Source of the DNA: an uncultured Spirochaetota bacterium
GTDB taxonomy: Bacteria; Spirochaetota; Spirochaetia; SZUA-6; Fen-1364
Assembly: GCA_963820525.1 (NCBI GenBank)
Contig: CAWGAA010000003.1
Coordinates: 896,001 to 960,000, forward strand
Length of the DNA: 64,000 nt
Reading direction: 5' to 3'
Shown piece by piece: positions 30,444 through 39,968 of the stretch. Both the position numbers and the translations under genes were made by a program. Each line of letters opens with the position of its first letter. Position 1 is the stretch's first letter. The notes under the pieces were generated by a model. That model ran no database searches and was not told the DNA's origin. It was given only the letters and a program-made list of their open reading frames with translations.

Positions 30444-31651
30444 GACGGGTGGCGATCGTCGGAATCGGCCACACCGTGTTCGGCAACTTGAGCGATTTCG
30501 ATCTCGTCGACGTGTTGAGCTTCGCCTCCGCCAACGCCCTGGAGGACGCAGGGATCCTCGAGGAGCGCGGGATCGTGGATCAGGTGATCGTGGCGAACAT
30601 GGGGGCGGGGATCCTCAACCACCAGACCGGGATCGCATCGTCCCTGGTGAGCAGGATGGGCATGGAGCCTGCCATGGCGGAGCTGGTGGAGAACGGCCCT
30701 GCCAGCGGCGCGAGCGCCGTGAAGATGGGATTCATGGCCGTGGCGAGCGGGATGGCAGATCTCGTCATGGTCACCGGCGGCGAGCTCATGCGGACGGTGA
30801 CGGGCTGGGAGGCCACGGACTTCGTCTCCACGCTCCTCCATCCCGAAGCCGAGTATCACCTCGGCCTCACGCTTCCGGCGTTCGGCGGTATGTTCACGCG
30901 CATGTACATGGAGCGCTACGGCGTCACCGAGCGGGAGCTGGCGATGATAGCCGTGAAGGACCACGACAACGGGGCGAAAAACCCCTTCGCGCACGTGAGG
31001 ATACCCGTGACCCTCGACGCGATCCACGACAACGAGAACGCGAACGTCGTGAACAACCCGGTGGCAGAGCCCCTCCGTCTCTACGGCATGTGTCCCGTGT
31101 CGGACGGGGCCGCCACGGTGATCCTCTGCGCCGTCGATTCTCCCAAGATGAAGCGCTTCACGAAAAAGCCGCCGATCTACGTCACGGGAATCGGATCCGC
31201 TACCGACACGCACTGCGTCCACAACCGAAAGGACCCGCTGACGCTCGACGCGGTGCGCCTTGCGGCCGAGCGCGCGTACACGATGGCACGGATTGGACCG
31301 AAGGACATCTCCTTCGCCGAGCTCCACGACGCATTCGTGATTCTCGAGCTTGCCATCGGCGAAGAGGTGGGCCTCTTCGAACGCGGGAAGGCCCGCGCGG
31401 CCCTCGTGGCCGGAGAGACGAGGCTCGAGGGAAGGATCCCCATCAACACATCCGGCGGCTTGAAGGCCAAGGGCCACCCCGTGGGCGCCACGGGCGTGTC
31501 CCAAGTCTTCGAACTCGCGAAGCAGCTCCGAGGCGACGCGAAGAAGGAAGAGAGGCAGGTGAAGGACCCACGGCACGGGCTCGCCGTCAATTTCGGCGGA
31601 TTCGGCAACAACGTGGTCGCGATCATCTGCTCGAAGGAGCCGACATGGTAG
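30440..31651 (+). CDS. SCP-x/archaeal-type thiolase-fold protein lacking the nucleophilic Cys
   Basis: VENGPASG (Cys site is Pro), PVSDGAA, ELHDAF, INTSGG and GHPVGATG motifs. Confidence 0.88.
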   Translation: MRRVAIVGIGHTVFGNLSDFDLVDVLSFASANALEDAGILEERGIVDQVIVANMGAGILNHQTGIASSLVSRMGMEPAMAELVENGPASGASAVKMGFMAVASGMADLVMVTGGELMRTVTGWEATDFVSTLLHPEAEYHLGLTLPAFGGMFTRMYMERYGVTERELAMIAVKDHDNGAKNPFAHVRIPVTLDAIHDNENANVVNNPVAEPLRLYGMCPVSDGAATVILCAVDSPKMKRFTKKPPIYVTGIGSATDTHCVHNRKDPLTLDAVRLAAERAYTMARIGPKDISFAELHDAFVILELAIGEEVGLFERGKARAALVAGETRLEGRIPINTSGGLKAKGHPVGATGVSQVFELAKQLRGDAKKEERQVKDPRHGLAVNFGGFGNNVVAIICSKEPTW

Positions 31652-32037
31652 ACTTCAGCATGTACGATCAGCCCGAGCCCGAGGTGCTCGCGAGCAAGTG
31701 CCCTTCGTGCGGAACCCTCTACTACCCGGCGCCGATGGTGTGCGGGAAGTGCAGCACGAGAAGGGATCCCTCGGGCGTGATCTTCTCCACGTGGGACACG
31801 GTGGGGATGGAAGGGAAGTGCAGGCTCCTCGCGTGGACGAGGGTGTATGCCCTCCCCGAGGGCTACGATGTGAAGTACCTCCTCTTCGGCATCGTGGAGC
31901 TCGAGAACGGCCTCCGCGCCAGCGGAAGGCTCCTGGTGGACGCGCCCGTCACAGGCATGGAGCTCGTCGCGAAACCGGGGTTGGTGAAAAAGAAGGGCGA
32001 GAAGGAGTATTACGGCCTCTTTTTCGATAAGCCCTGA
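31645..32037 (+). CDS. DUF35 Zn-ribbon/OB-fold protein
   Basis: CPSC and CGKC zinc ribbon, GIVELENG OB-fold; overlaps the thiolase stop codon. Confidence 0.88.
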   Translation: MVDFSMYDQPEPEVLASKCPSCGTLYYPAPMVCGKCSTRRDPSGVIFSTWDTVGMEGKCRLLAWTRVYALPEGYDVKYLLFGIVELENGLRASGRLLVDAPVTGMELVAKPGLVKKKGEKEYYGLFFDKP

Positions 32038-32209
32038 TAGCCTGCCCCTGCGCCGCCTGCTCATGTATACGTTTTGAATTTCGCCGATTCTCATACCGTG
32101 CGCCATGCCGAGAGCGTATCCTGCACGTGGGTTTATGCTGGCGTACCGGCTACTTGCGCCGACCCGGCACGCAGGTATACGCTCCCTATCGGGGACGGGA
32201 GCGATCAAA

Positions 32210-33364
32210 ATGATTCTCAAAAACGGGACTCCGGAAGAAGTCGGCATGTCAACGGCGGGAGTAAGGCGGGCTGAGGCCGCCGCCGAAAGACTCGTGGCGA
32301 TTGGAAACACGCCGTCGGTCGTTACCCTGATTGCACGTAAAGGCGTGATCGTGTCTCATAAAGCCTTTGGGACAGACGGCTCAGAACCCGGTTCACCACC
32401 GCTGAAAGTCGATGCGTTGTTCCCGGTTTGCTCCATTACCAAGGTTGCTACGGCCACGTGCATCATGATGCTTGTGGAAGAAGGTCGCGTCGGTCTGAAC
32501 CGGCGAATTACCGATTATTTGCCCGAGTTCAAAGGCGACGGCCGGGACTGCATATGCGTTCACCACCTGCTCACCCATACATCGGGGCTTACGGATGAGG
32601 ATGTAGAAACTCATATTCATAAAAAGGAAGGGTTGGAGGTGCCGCCCTGTGACGGCAGCCAGGAGCCGTATTTCCACAAAAAGATATTCCTGGGCTGCGA
32701 TACGCCGCCGCGAAACAAGCCCGGCAAAGTCATGTCCTATTTCAGTTTTGGCTACGAGATGCTCGGAGAAATAGTGAGAAGAGTAAGTGGAAAACCCTAT
32801 CACGTATTTGTGAGGGAACGGATATTCGAACCGCTCGGGATGAAGGATTCATACCTCTGCGTTCCCGACTCCTTGAAGGAGCGTGTTGTCAAACGAAGCG
32901 CGCCGGCAATTTTCCATGAATGGCTGACCAGTGATGACTGCCTACGTTCTACATCGGCTGCAGGGGGAATGTTCACTACCGCTTTGGACCTGGCCAAATT
33001 GGGTTGCATGTTCCTCAACAGAGGTTCATACAATGGGAGAAACATGTTGAGCCCGGTGTCTGTCGCCGAAATGACCAAAAACCAGGTACCCGGCGTGTCC
33101 TCGGAATACAGGGGAGAGATCTTTCCGGAAGCATACTGGGGCTATGGCTGGGGGATAAACGGCACCAAGAAAGACGGTGGAGACTTGTTCTCTCCTTATG
33201 CTTACTCGCACTGGGGCGCTGCCGGACCTTTTCTCTGCGTAGATCCTGTCTATGAGACCATACTGGTATTCCTGTGCGTCGAGGTTGATCATCACAACCC
33301 CTTTAAAGATATCTATGCGGATGCGTTCAATAACGCAGCTCTGTCTGCTATCGAAGTATTGTGA
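32210..33364 (+). CDS. Serine hydrolase, beta-lactamase class C family
   Basis: SITK, LLTHTSG, YFS, PLGM and HWG motifs. Confidence 0.9.
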   Translation: MILKNGTPEEVGMSTAGVRRAEAAAERLVAIGNTPSVVTLIARKGVIVSHKAFGTDGSEPGSPPLKVDALFPVCSITKVATATCIMMLVEEGRVGLNRRITDYLPEFKGDGRDCICVHHLLTHTSGLTDEDVETHIHKKEGLEVPPCDGSQEPYFHKKIFLGCDTPPRNKPGKVMSYFSFGYEMLGEIVRRVSGKPYHVFVRERIFEPLGMKDSYLCVPDSLKERVVKRSAPAIFHEWLTSDDCLRSTSAAGGMFTTALDLAKLGCMFLNRGSYNGRNMLSPVSVAEMTKNQVPGVSSEYRGEIFPEAYWGYGWGINGTKKDGGDLFSPYAYSHWGAAGPFLCVDPVYETILVFLCVEVDHHNPFKDIYADAFNNAALSAIEVL

Positions 33365-33384
33365 AAGCGGTAATGGCAGGCAAA

Positions 33385-34292
33385 CTATGATTTGGATATG
33401 CCAGTTGCGGAAGAGAGCGTTTCTTTGACGATTTTCATGAATGCTTCTAAGATGGGAGGATGCCATTTATTCTTCAAATGGATCATTATCATATTCGCGC
33501 TCAAAGGCCCTTTTTCAAAAGGAAGCTCCACGAGCAACCCATTCGCTATTTCCTCGCGCACGGCAATCTTTGGAAGAAGGGCTGCCCCGTTGCCCGCAGA
33601 AACGTTTTGCTTTATTGCTTCAATGCTATTGATATGGTAGAGAGTCGAAAATTTGATCTTTTCGTCTATAAAAAGACCTTCCAGAATATTGAAATAGCTG
33701 CAATCACTAGAAGTCACAAAGATGGGCTCTTTTCTTAATTCCATAACCTGTACGCAGGATTTTGCTGCAATTGGATTATCCGGGTAGGTAGTCATCACTA
33801 AGGGAATCTCCATTAAAACATGCGTCTCCAAATCAACATTCCTGAAATCCTTGGCTATCAAAAATGCGAGATTTATTATTCCGGAACGCAGTTCCTCGGG
33901 CAACCCATAATAAGAACAGGAATTAAAATGGAAATCAACGTGAGGGAAGCGACCCTGAAATATCTTAAGAATGGAGGCAAATAGTACGTGATGATGGTTT
34001 CAGGAATTCTGATCGATAGCGACCCATGAATTTCTTCGCTTCCTTGTATTTCAGTCCGTACCTCTTCTTCAAGATTTATCATTTTTTGTGCGTATTGCAA
34101 AAAAAGCTCACCGGCAGGCGTGAGAGTAATATGCTTTCCATCTCTATTGAATAGTTTCACATTCAAATCTGCTTCAAGTGCCTTGATCTGCTCGGATACA
34201 GTTGATTGGGCGTAATCAAGCAAGTCCGCGGCTTGATTGAAGCTTCCAAGCGTTGCTATCGCTCTAAAGGTATATAGTTGCCTTAAGTCCAT
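33385..34292 (-). pseudogene. LysR family regulator, frameshifted near 33954
   Basis: HTH SFNQAA..YAQSTVSEQIKALE. One missing G in AGGGT joins it to RFPHVDF...LPEELRSG (ORF 33385-33903). Confidence 0.85.
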
Positions 34293-34434
34293 AGTGATAG
34301 CTCACCATCCGGGCATGGGCACCATCTATATTATATCGGAAATTCCGATAAAAGCTATCGTATTCAGCTTATTGACGCGGTTTTTCCGAATGGGTTAAGG
34401 TGGGCATGGCATCAACAATTCAAGGAGATGGAAC

Positions 34435-34886
34435 ATGAAAAGAAAAGACATTGAACAAAAGGCCTTTCAGAATTTTAGCTCGGGATTTCATTGTGCTGAG
34501 GCAATTTTAAAAACGTTTGTGGAATTGTTCAGTAAAGAACCGGATCCAAGTATTACAAGATTTGCCTCCGGCTTTGGCGGAGGAATTGGCGCATCCTGCT
34601 GTGAAACATGTGGCGCTTTGACCGGCGGCATTATTGCCATAGGCTGTCTATTTGGATGAAAGGATCCCTCTGATGACAAGCAGAAAGTAGTCTCTTTGTC
34701 AGCTGAGCTCAGGACCAATTTCTGAAGAAATTTGGCGGCCCAAATTGCAGAATGATTCTGGATCTATTGGGAGACCAGGAAAACAGTCTGAAGTGCAAGA
34801 AACTGACCGCCGAAGCCGCTGGCATACTCTATGAGATTCTTCAGAAAGAAAAAGCACTTTGGCTCGTTGATACGCTGCGCGATTGA
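34435..34886 (+). pseudogene. C-GCAxxG-C-C family redox protein pseudogene
   Basis: SGFHCAE, GFGGG and CGALTG motifs. In-frame TGA at 34657 plus a frameshift near 34713, before FLKKFGGPNC...KCKKLT. Confidence 0.8.
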
Positions 34887-34924
34887 ACTGTGCATCGGTC
34901 GACTTCATGGCAGCCTGTACCGCG

Positions 34925-35371
34925 TTACCGGCCAGGCGAATCCAGTCGAAATCGCAAACGAAGCACCCTGTCTTTCCAATCGCGACCGATGATCCTAAAA
35001 CCCCCAATCGACTTGGTGCTGGGCACGTGAGTGCCGATGCACGGACACGCATCGTAGTCGCCCATGGATATTACGCGCACCTGTCCGTCCACGGATTCGG
35101 GAAGTCTGGATAGATCGAATAGTACGGCAGCCTCCTCGCGGGCCAAATAGGACTCACGCACGGGATAGTCCGCGGCGATGGCAGTGTTGACGGCCTGCTC
35201 AACATCGCGGACTTCCTGGTCAGTAAGGTCACGAGGGAATCGGTAGTCGCATTTACCCTTGGGGCCATCCAGATGCGCGGAGAATGCGCGGGAGCTGCTA
35301 AAGAGACGAACCATAGTTCCGTTCAAGAGATGCTCGGCCGAATGCATGCGCGGATCCGAATCAGTACCCAT
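34925..35371 (-). CDS. Free-standing AlaX-like tRNA editing domain
   Basis: HSAEH (HxxxH) and CIGTH (CxxxH) zinc motifs. Confidence 0.85.
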   Translation of the reverse strand: MGTDSDPRMHSAEHLLNGTMVRLFSSSRAFSAHLDGPKGKCDYRFPRDLTDQEVRDVEQAVNTAIAADYPVRESYLAREEAAVLFDLSRLPESVDGQVRVISMGDYDACPCIGTHVPSTKSIGGFRIIGRDWKDRVLRLRFRLDSPGR

Positions 35372-35552
35372 GGCGGGATGCTCCCACGCATCCCACACTC
35401 GGGTCAAGCTCGGGAGGTGGCCCCCACCGGTACGCTGTAGCGCGCTGCGCCGCTCCACGTGAGAGCGGCGAAAAAAGAGATGGAATGGCGCTGACTGCCC
35501 CCGATGATACTGACATACTCAAGAGTTTTTTCCAAACATGATTTATGCAAAT

Positions 35553-35598
35553 AGGTTGACCAGACAACTAATTGTCTTTATAGTTGCCACGTCAACTA
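35553..35598 (+). promoter_or_regulatory. sigma70 promoter with two GTTG-N6-CAAC operators
   Basis: TTGACC (35556), 17 bp spacer, TATAGT (35579). Boxes AGGTTG-ACCAGA-CAACTA and TAGTTG-CCACGT-CAACTA. Confidence 0.7.
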
Positions 35599-35615
35599 AT
35601 AACTCAGGAGGCGTA

Positions 35616-36056
35616 ATGGACACGATCGCCAGGTTCATTTGGCAGATAAATAAAAATAATCAAATTTACATGGCGGCGAGGCTGGAAAAATACAACATTG
35701 GCAGCGGGCAATACCCCCTCTTGATGCTGTTGTTTTCCAAAGAAAGCCTCTGCCAGGAGGAGCTTTCGCGGTTTCTCAACATTGATAAAGGCGCCACGGC
35801 AAAAACAGTCGCGCGGTTGATGGAAGGCGGCTACATCACGCGCCGGACGGATCCCAAGGATAAGCGTCGCTATCAGATCTGTCTCACCCCAAAAGCCAAT
35901 CGCATCAGAGGCGATCTGGAAAGCGCTATCGAGCATTGGCACCAGATGCTCCTTCAGGGATTGCGCAGAGGGGAGATCATACTCGTGCGCCGCCTGCTGG
36001 AAATAATGAAAGAAAATTCGAAACACGCTCATCGGAAAAAGCAGGAATCCAAATGA
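35616..36056 (+). CDS. MarR family regulator
   Basis: IDKGATAKTVARL and DPKDKRR..LTPK motifs. Confidence 0.9.
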   Translation: MDTIARFIWQINKNNQIYMAARLEKYNIGSGQYPLLMLLFSKESLCQEELSRFLNIDKGATAKTVARLMEGGYITRRTDPKDKRRYQICLTPKANRIRGDLESAIEHWHQMLLQGLRRGEIILVRRLLEIMKENSKHAHRKKQESK

Positions 36057-37264
36057 CGAAAATTCTCTATACCAATGGGAATGGTGCAGATAAGGGTGCG
36101 CTGGGACCGCTGGTACGCATGATTGCGGTGGGCGAAGAGGTCCAATCCATCGATCCTTCGGCCCAGGTGGCGTTCCGTGCTTCCACGGCGGAAAAACCAT
36201 ATCTGGAAAAAAGTGGATTCACCGTCTTCGACGGCTACAAACCGTACCTTTTCGGCCTTCCCGCGTTGATCGGAATGTGGATCACCATTTCCCTGGAGCG
36301 CAACCCTGGACGCCCCATTCCAGAAGTCCCCAACATGGAATTCGTGCTCCGACTCAAAGGCATGCTGAACCGGAAATACGTAGAAGCCACATTCCGCGAA
36401 GAAACCGCTCTGTTGGAGAAATTCCGACCGGACGTCATCTTCGGCAGTATGGACCTCATCATGCCCATTGTCGCTAAGCTTGCCGGTATTCCCTATGTGG
36501 TGCTGGGCACCGCCGTGATGCTGCCCGGATACAAATCGCCCTTGTTCCCTTCGAAAGAAGCGCAGGATTACACTGGCCTGATAAACCCTTTGCTCCGGCG
36601 GCAGGGGCTGCCACTGGTGCGTGATATCAAAGAGCTGTTGTGCTCGTATTTCCCCGCGCAGGTGGTCATCCCAAGCATTCCGGAGCTTGAGGATATGCCG
36701 CCGGATGGGAAGAATCTATTCATCGGTTCACTGCTGCCAAACCGTATTTTGAATCAACCCTTTGCGTGGGAAAAGAAACGTCCCCTTGTGTTTGTCTATC
36801 TCAGTATCGGGCAATTGACCCCTCAGAAGTATATGAAAGTGCTCGTGGAATCATTTGCCCGGTCCGAGTTCGATGTCGTGGTGGCGGCGGGAGACCATCC
36901 TGCCTTCCAGGGAAAAAAAGTCATCACCGAAGGGAATGTCCATTTCTACCGAGTCATTCCTTCGGAAGAAATACTCCCCCTGTGCGATTTGGCGATCCAC
37001 CATGGGGGTCAAAACACGACCGTGCAATGCATCCAGCATGGCGTGCCGGCGCTAATCTTCCCCGGAATGCATTTTGAGCGCCACTATAATGCAACCAAAG
37101 CGGCTGAGGCCGGCTGCGCGCGCTGTCTGCCGAATGCGGATTTCCGCGTGGAGGTTCTCCTGCGCCTGGCGCGGGAGGCGAGCTGCGATCCCACCATGCG
37201 CGCACGGCTTCAGCTTGCAACTATGGGAGACGATGGTTGTTCGAAGTTATCTTGCAGAGTATAA
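36053..37264 (+). CDS. GT1/MGT-like glycosyltransferase
   Basis: FRPDVI, VYLSIG and HHGGQNT..GVP motifs; the C-terminus may be altered. Confidence 0.8.
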   Translation: MTKILYTNGNGADKGALGPLVRMIAVGEEVQSIDPSAQVAFRASTAEKPYLEKSGFTVFDGYKPYLFGLPALIGMWITISLERNPGRPIPEVPNMEFVLRLKGMLNRKYVEATFREETALLEKFRPDVIFGSMDLIMPIVAKLAGIPYVVLGTAVMLPGYKSPLFPSKEAQDYTGLINPLLRRQGLPLVRDIKELLCSYFPAQVVIPSIPELEDMPPDGKNLFIGSLLPNRILNQPFAWEKKRPLVFVYLSIGQLTPQKYMKVLVESFARSEFDVVVAAGDHPAFQGKKVITEGNVHFYRVIPSEEILPLCDLAIHHGGQNTTVQCIQHGVPALIFPGMHFERHYNATKAAEAGCARCLPNADFRVEVLLRLAREASCDPTMRARLQLATMGDDGCSKLSCRV

Positions 37265-37286
37265 TCGTGATGGCGCCGTCATTGAT

Positions 37287-38633
37287 ATGAACACGAAACG
37301 CTGGTTTTCACCTCGTGCCATAGGAATAGCGGTCTTATTCTCCCTGCTTCTTAGCCTAGCCGTTTGTGGGCACGAAAAAGCGCCTGAACCTACCCGAACA
37401 CCAGTTCCGCCAATGACTGCGCCGACGCGGTTGCCTGCACTCTCTTTTTATGAAACATCCGCAAGAGAATTCGCGGTCACGGATTTCAGCGCGGTGCATT
37501 CTCCGGTCGACGGCGATGCCAATAGGTATTTGATCCTTGGCAATTTGCCGGTTTCCAAGCCCGCCACGGATCTTCCCGCTGAGCTGGCAGTCTTCCTGGG
37601 AAGGTGGGAAGGGTACAGTTATAACCCTCCGGTCAAAAAGGATCGAAAAGTCGTGCTTGTCATTCAGGAGATTACAACGCAAGGGGGGAAGGCTGTCGGC
37701 TGGTCAGGCACAAATCTCCAATATCCCGACGTGGTCGGTGAGCTCCACTTCTGGGTTGTCCCCGGTGATGCTCCTTCCATTCAGTGGAAAGTTGTTTGGC
37801 CCGATGGCAGCAAACAAATCGACACGTTTACGTATGATCGCGACAAAGGCCGTATCCGGGGTTGGTCGAAAAACCCATCGGACAATTCTACCTATGGCCC
37901 TTGGGAGCTGAGCCGGGATCGATCTTTCATTGTCTACAGGGATTATGCCCAATATCTGGCTGGCAAGCGTATATACTCCAAGGAATACCGGCACGGCGAA
38001 TTGCAGCACTACGGCAAGGGGTATCTGCTCTACCTCCCCGAAGGCTATGAAGATCATCCGGAAAAAAAATGGCCGCTTGTCATCTTCCTGCACGGCTACG
38101 GCGATCGGGGAGGCAATGTATTCCTGCTGGCAAAAGCCAGTCCCTTCATGTTTATCCGCGAGAAAGGGCCCCTGCCCTTCATAATCGCCGCCCCCTTGCT
38201 GAGCTCCTTCGAAGGTTATTCGTCATTTCCAGACGCTTACATGGCTGGCGTTCTGGCAGAAATTCAGGCGTATTACCGCGTGGATTCGAAGCGGATGTAC
38301 GTGACCGGGCTGAGCATGGGCGGGGAAGCGACCTATCGCTTTGCCGTGTACCATCCCACACTATTCGCCGCCATTGCGCCCCTGTCCGCATACGTCGATT
38401 CAAAAACGTATTCCATGATCGGGCGCATCAAAGATCTACCGGTATGGGCGGTCCATGGCGCCGACGATACAGTCATACCCTTATCTAAAGCCCAACAACC
38501 TGTGGATGCCCTGAGAGAGGCAGGATCCAAGATAAAATTTACTGTTCTTTCTGGTCACGATCACGATACCTGGACGGATACGTACTCGGACCCGGCGTTC
38601 TATGACTGGTTCTTGCACTACCAAAGACCATAG
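37287..38633 (+). CDS. Secreted/lipoprotein esterase-peptidase (alpha/beta hydrolase)
   Basis: Signal peptide with LAVC; YLLYLP, FLHG, GLSMGG, HGADD and HDTW motifs. Confidence 0.85.
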   Translation: MNTKRWFSPRAIGIAVLFSLLLSLAVCGHEKAPEPTRTPVPPMTAPTRLPALSFYETSAREFAVTDFSAVHSPVDGDANRYLILGNLPVSKPATDLPAELAVFLGRWEGYSYNPPVKKDRKVVLVIQEITTQGGKAVGWSGTNLQYPDVVGELHFWVVPGDAPSIQWKVVWPDGSKQIDTFTYDRDKGRIRGWSKNPSDNSTYGPWELSRDRSFIVYRDYAQYLAGKRIYSKEYRHGELQHYGKGYLLYLPEGYEDHPEKKWPLVIFLHGYGDRGGNVFLLAKASPFMFIREKGPLPFIIAAPLLSSFEGYSSFPDAYMAGVLAEIQAYYRVDSKRMYVTGLSMGGEATYRFAVYHPTLFAAIAPLSAYVDSKTYSMIGRIKDLPVWAVHGADDTVIPLSKAQQPVDALREAGSKIKFTVLSGHDHDTWTDTYSDPAFYDWFLHYQRP

Positions 38634-38744
38634 AGAAAAATCACGTCGTTTCTCTGTTGGCTGGGTTCCCATGTACAAGATATCCCGGTCTTCGGACGCG
38701 CAGGATCTCAACGAGGACGCCGGCGACCGCGTGAGGCACAGAAA

Positions 38745-39968
38745 TCACGGAGTGATCTCCCGGCCCACGAGCTGTTCCACCTGCTGCAGGAAGGCGTTGA
38801 CGATCGCATCCCTGCCCGGCAGCGTCATCTCAACACCCCCCGTGAGCTGCACAGGCTCGTACTCCTGCCATGCCTCCCGCAGGGGGTAAAAGCCCACCTG
38901 GTTTCTCGCCGCGTTTTCCCGCCATTCCTTCGCTCCGAGTTCCCAGGCCTTGAGGAATCCGCCGCTGATTTGAGTCACCTCCACGGGAACCCAGCTCTTG
39001 TCGCCTCGGAAAATCAAGTTGTCCACATGGGTGAAAAGCCCGCGAGCCTCATCCGGCTTCAAGCCAAGGGAAAAGGCCATAGAGATGTGCCCAGGGACCG
39101 TGATGAAGGCGGTCTCCACCCCAACGGATTCCAGGAGCGCGGAATAGAGAATGGATAAATCGGCGTAGTCCCCTGCCTTGTACTCGAGGGTTTGGCGAGG
39201 AAATTGGAGGAAAACAACCGCGTCCGTGTTGCTTGTGCGCTCCGCGAATGTGGGCTTGGGGGCGGATACATAGGCAACACCGAAGAGGTCCAGCGCAGAG
39301 AACACTCCCATCGCCGTAAGGAACTTCGCATTTATCGCTTCGGGACTCTTATCACGGATATCGCCCATCACGTTCCTGGAGAAGCTCATTATTGCGGGGT
39401 CTTTGGCTGTTACAAAAACAGCCAGCCGACGGTTGTCTGCCAACGTCATGGAATTGCGGTTCAGGAGACGCAGGGTCACTGCCGTCACGTAACTGTAGTT
39501 CTGGCCATTCATCCTGTACCCGAGCACGATATCCGCTGCAACGTTCGTGGCTTCCGTCACCCCCAGCACTCGATCGGTAAACAGCGCAAAGATATCCACG
39601 TTCTTGCGCTCTCCCGGCCCCGGTTCCGCGAGAGCCGTGCACTGCTTGGGACTGTCCATGTAGTGCTTCACAAAGAAGCTCAGTCTGATGTTCTTGATTG
39701 TAGTCTTTTCTTTGCTGATGAGCGTCACCATGCCCAAAGGGTGATTGTCATAGTATTTGTAAAAGACAGGGAAGATCTCGTAGAGAACGACGCTGGCAAT
39801 CTCAATCCCCGGTCCTTTCTCCACGGTCGACTGTTGCGCCGAAATCGGCGCCTGGGCGAGGCCCAAGCAGGAAAGCAGCAGAAGAAGAACAATGGGAACA
39901 ACGACCAGGAATGAAAGACGTGAGACATACTTTAACCGTAAGTGAGCCACACATCCCTCCGGATACAC
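38745..39968 (-). CDS. Secreted transglutaminase-like hypothetical protein, probably inactive
   Basis: QFPRQTL..KAGDYADLSIL..LLESVG..PGH..VEVT; start codon uncertain. Confidence 0.6.
   Translation of the reverse strand: MYPEGCVAHLRLKYVSRLSFLVVVPIVLLLLLSCLGLAQAPISAQQSTVEKGPGIEIASVVLYEIFPVFYKYYDNHPLGMVTLISKEKTTIKNIRLSFFVKHYMDSPKQCTALAEPGPGERKNVDIFALFTDRVLGVTEATNVAADIVLGYRMNGQNYSYVTAVTLRLLNRNSMTLADNRRLAVFVTAKDPAIMSFSRNVMGDIRDKSPEAINAKFLTAMGVFSALDLFGVAYVSAPKPTFAERTSNTDAVVFLQFPRQTLEYKAGDYADLSILYSALLESVGVETAFITVPGHISMAFSLGLKPDEARGLFTHVDNLIFRGDKSWVPVEVTQISGGFLKAWELGAKEWRENAARNQVGFYPLREAWQEYEPVQLTGGVEMTLPGRDAIVNAFLQQVEQLVGREITP

Noticed and set aside
32040..32210. Known riboswitch (purine, guanidine, TPP, SAM, ZTP)
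   Set aside because: Consensus cores were not found by eye; kept only as an unclassified structure.
32210..33364. True beta-lactamase resistance gene
   Set aside because: No signal peptide, and YFS/HWG variants replace YxN/KTG; more likely a cytoplasmic esterase or amidase.
34657..34659. Selenocysteine TGA in the C-GCAxxG-C-C gene
   Set aside because: The TGA falls at the G-R position rather than at a motif Cys, and a frameshift follows it.
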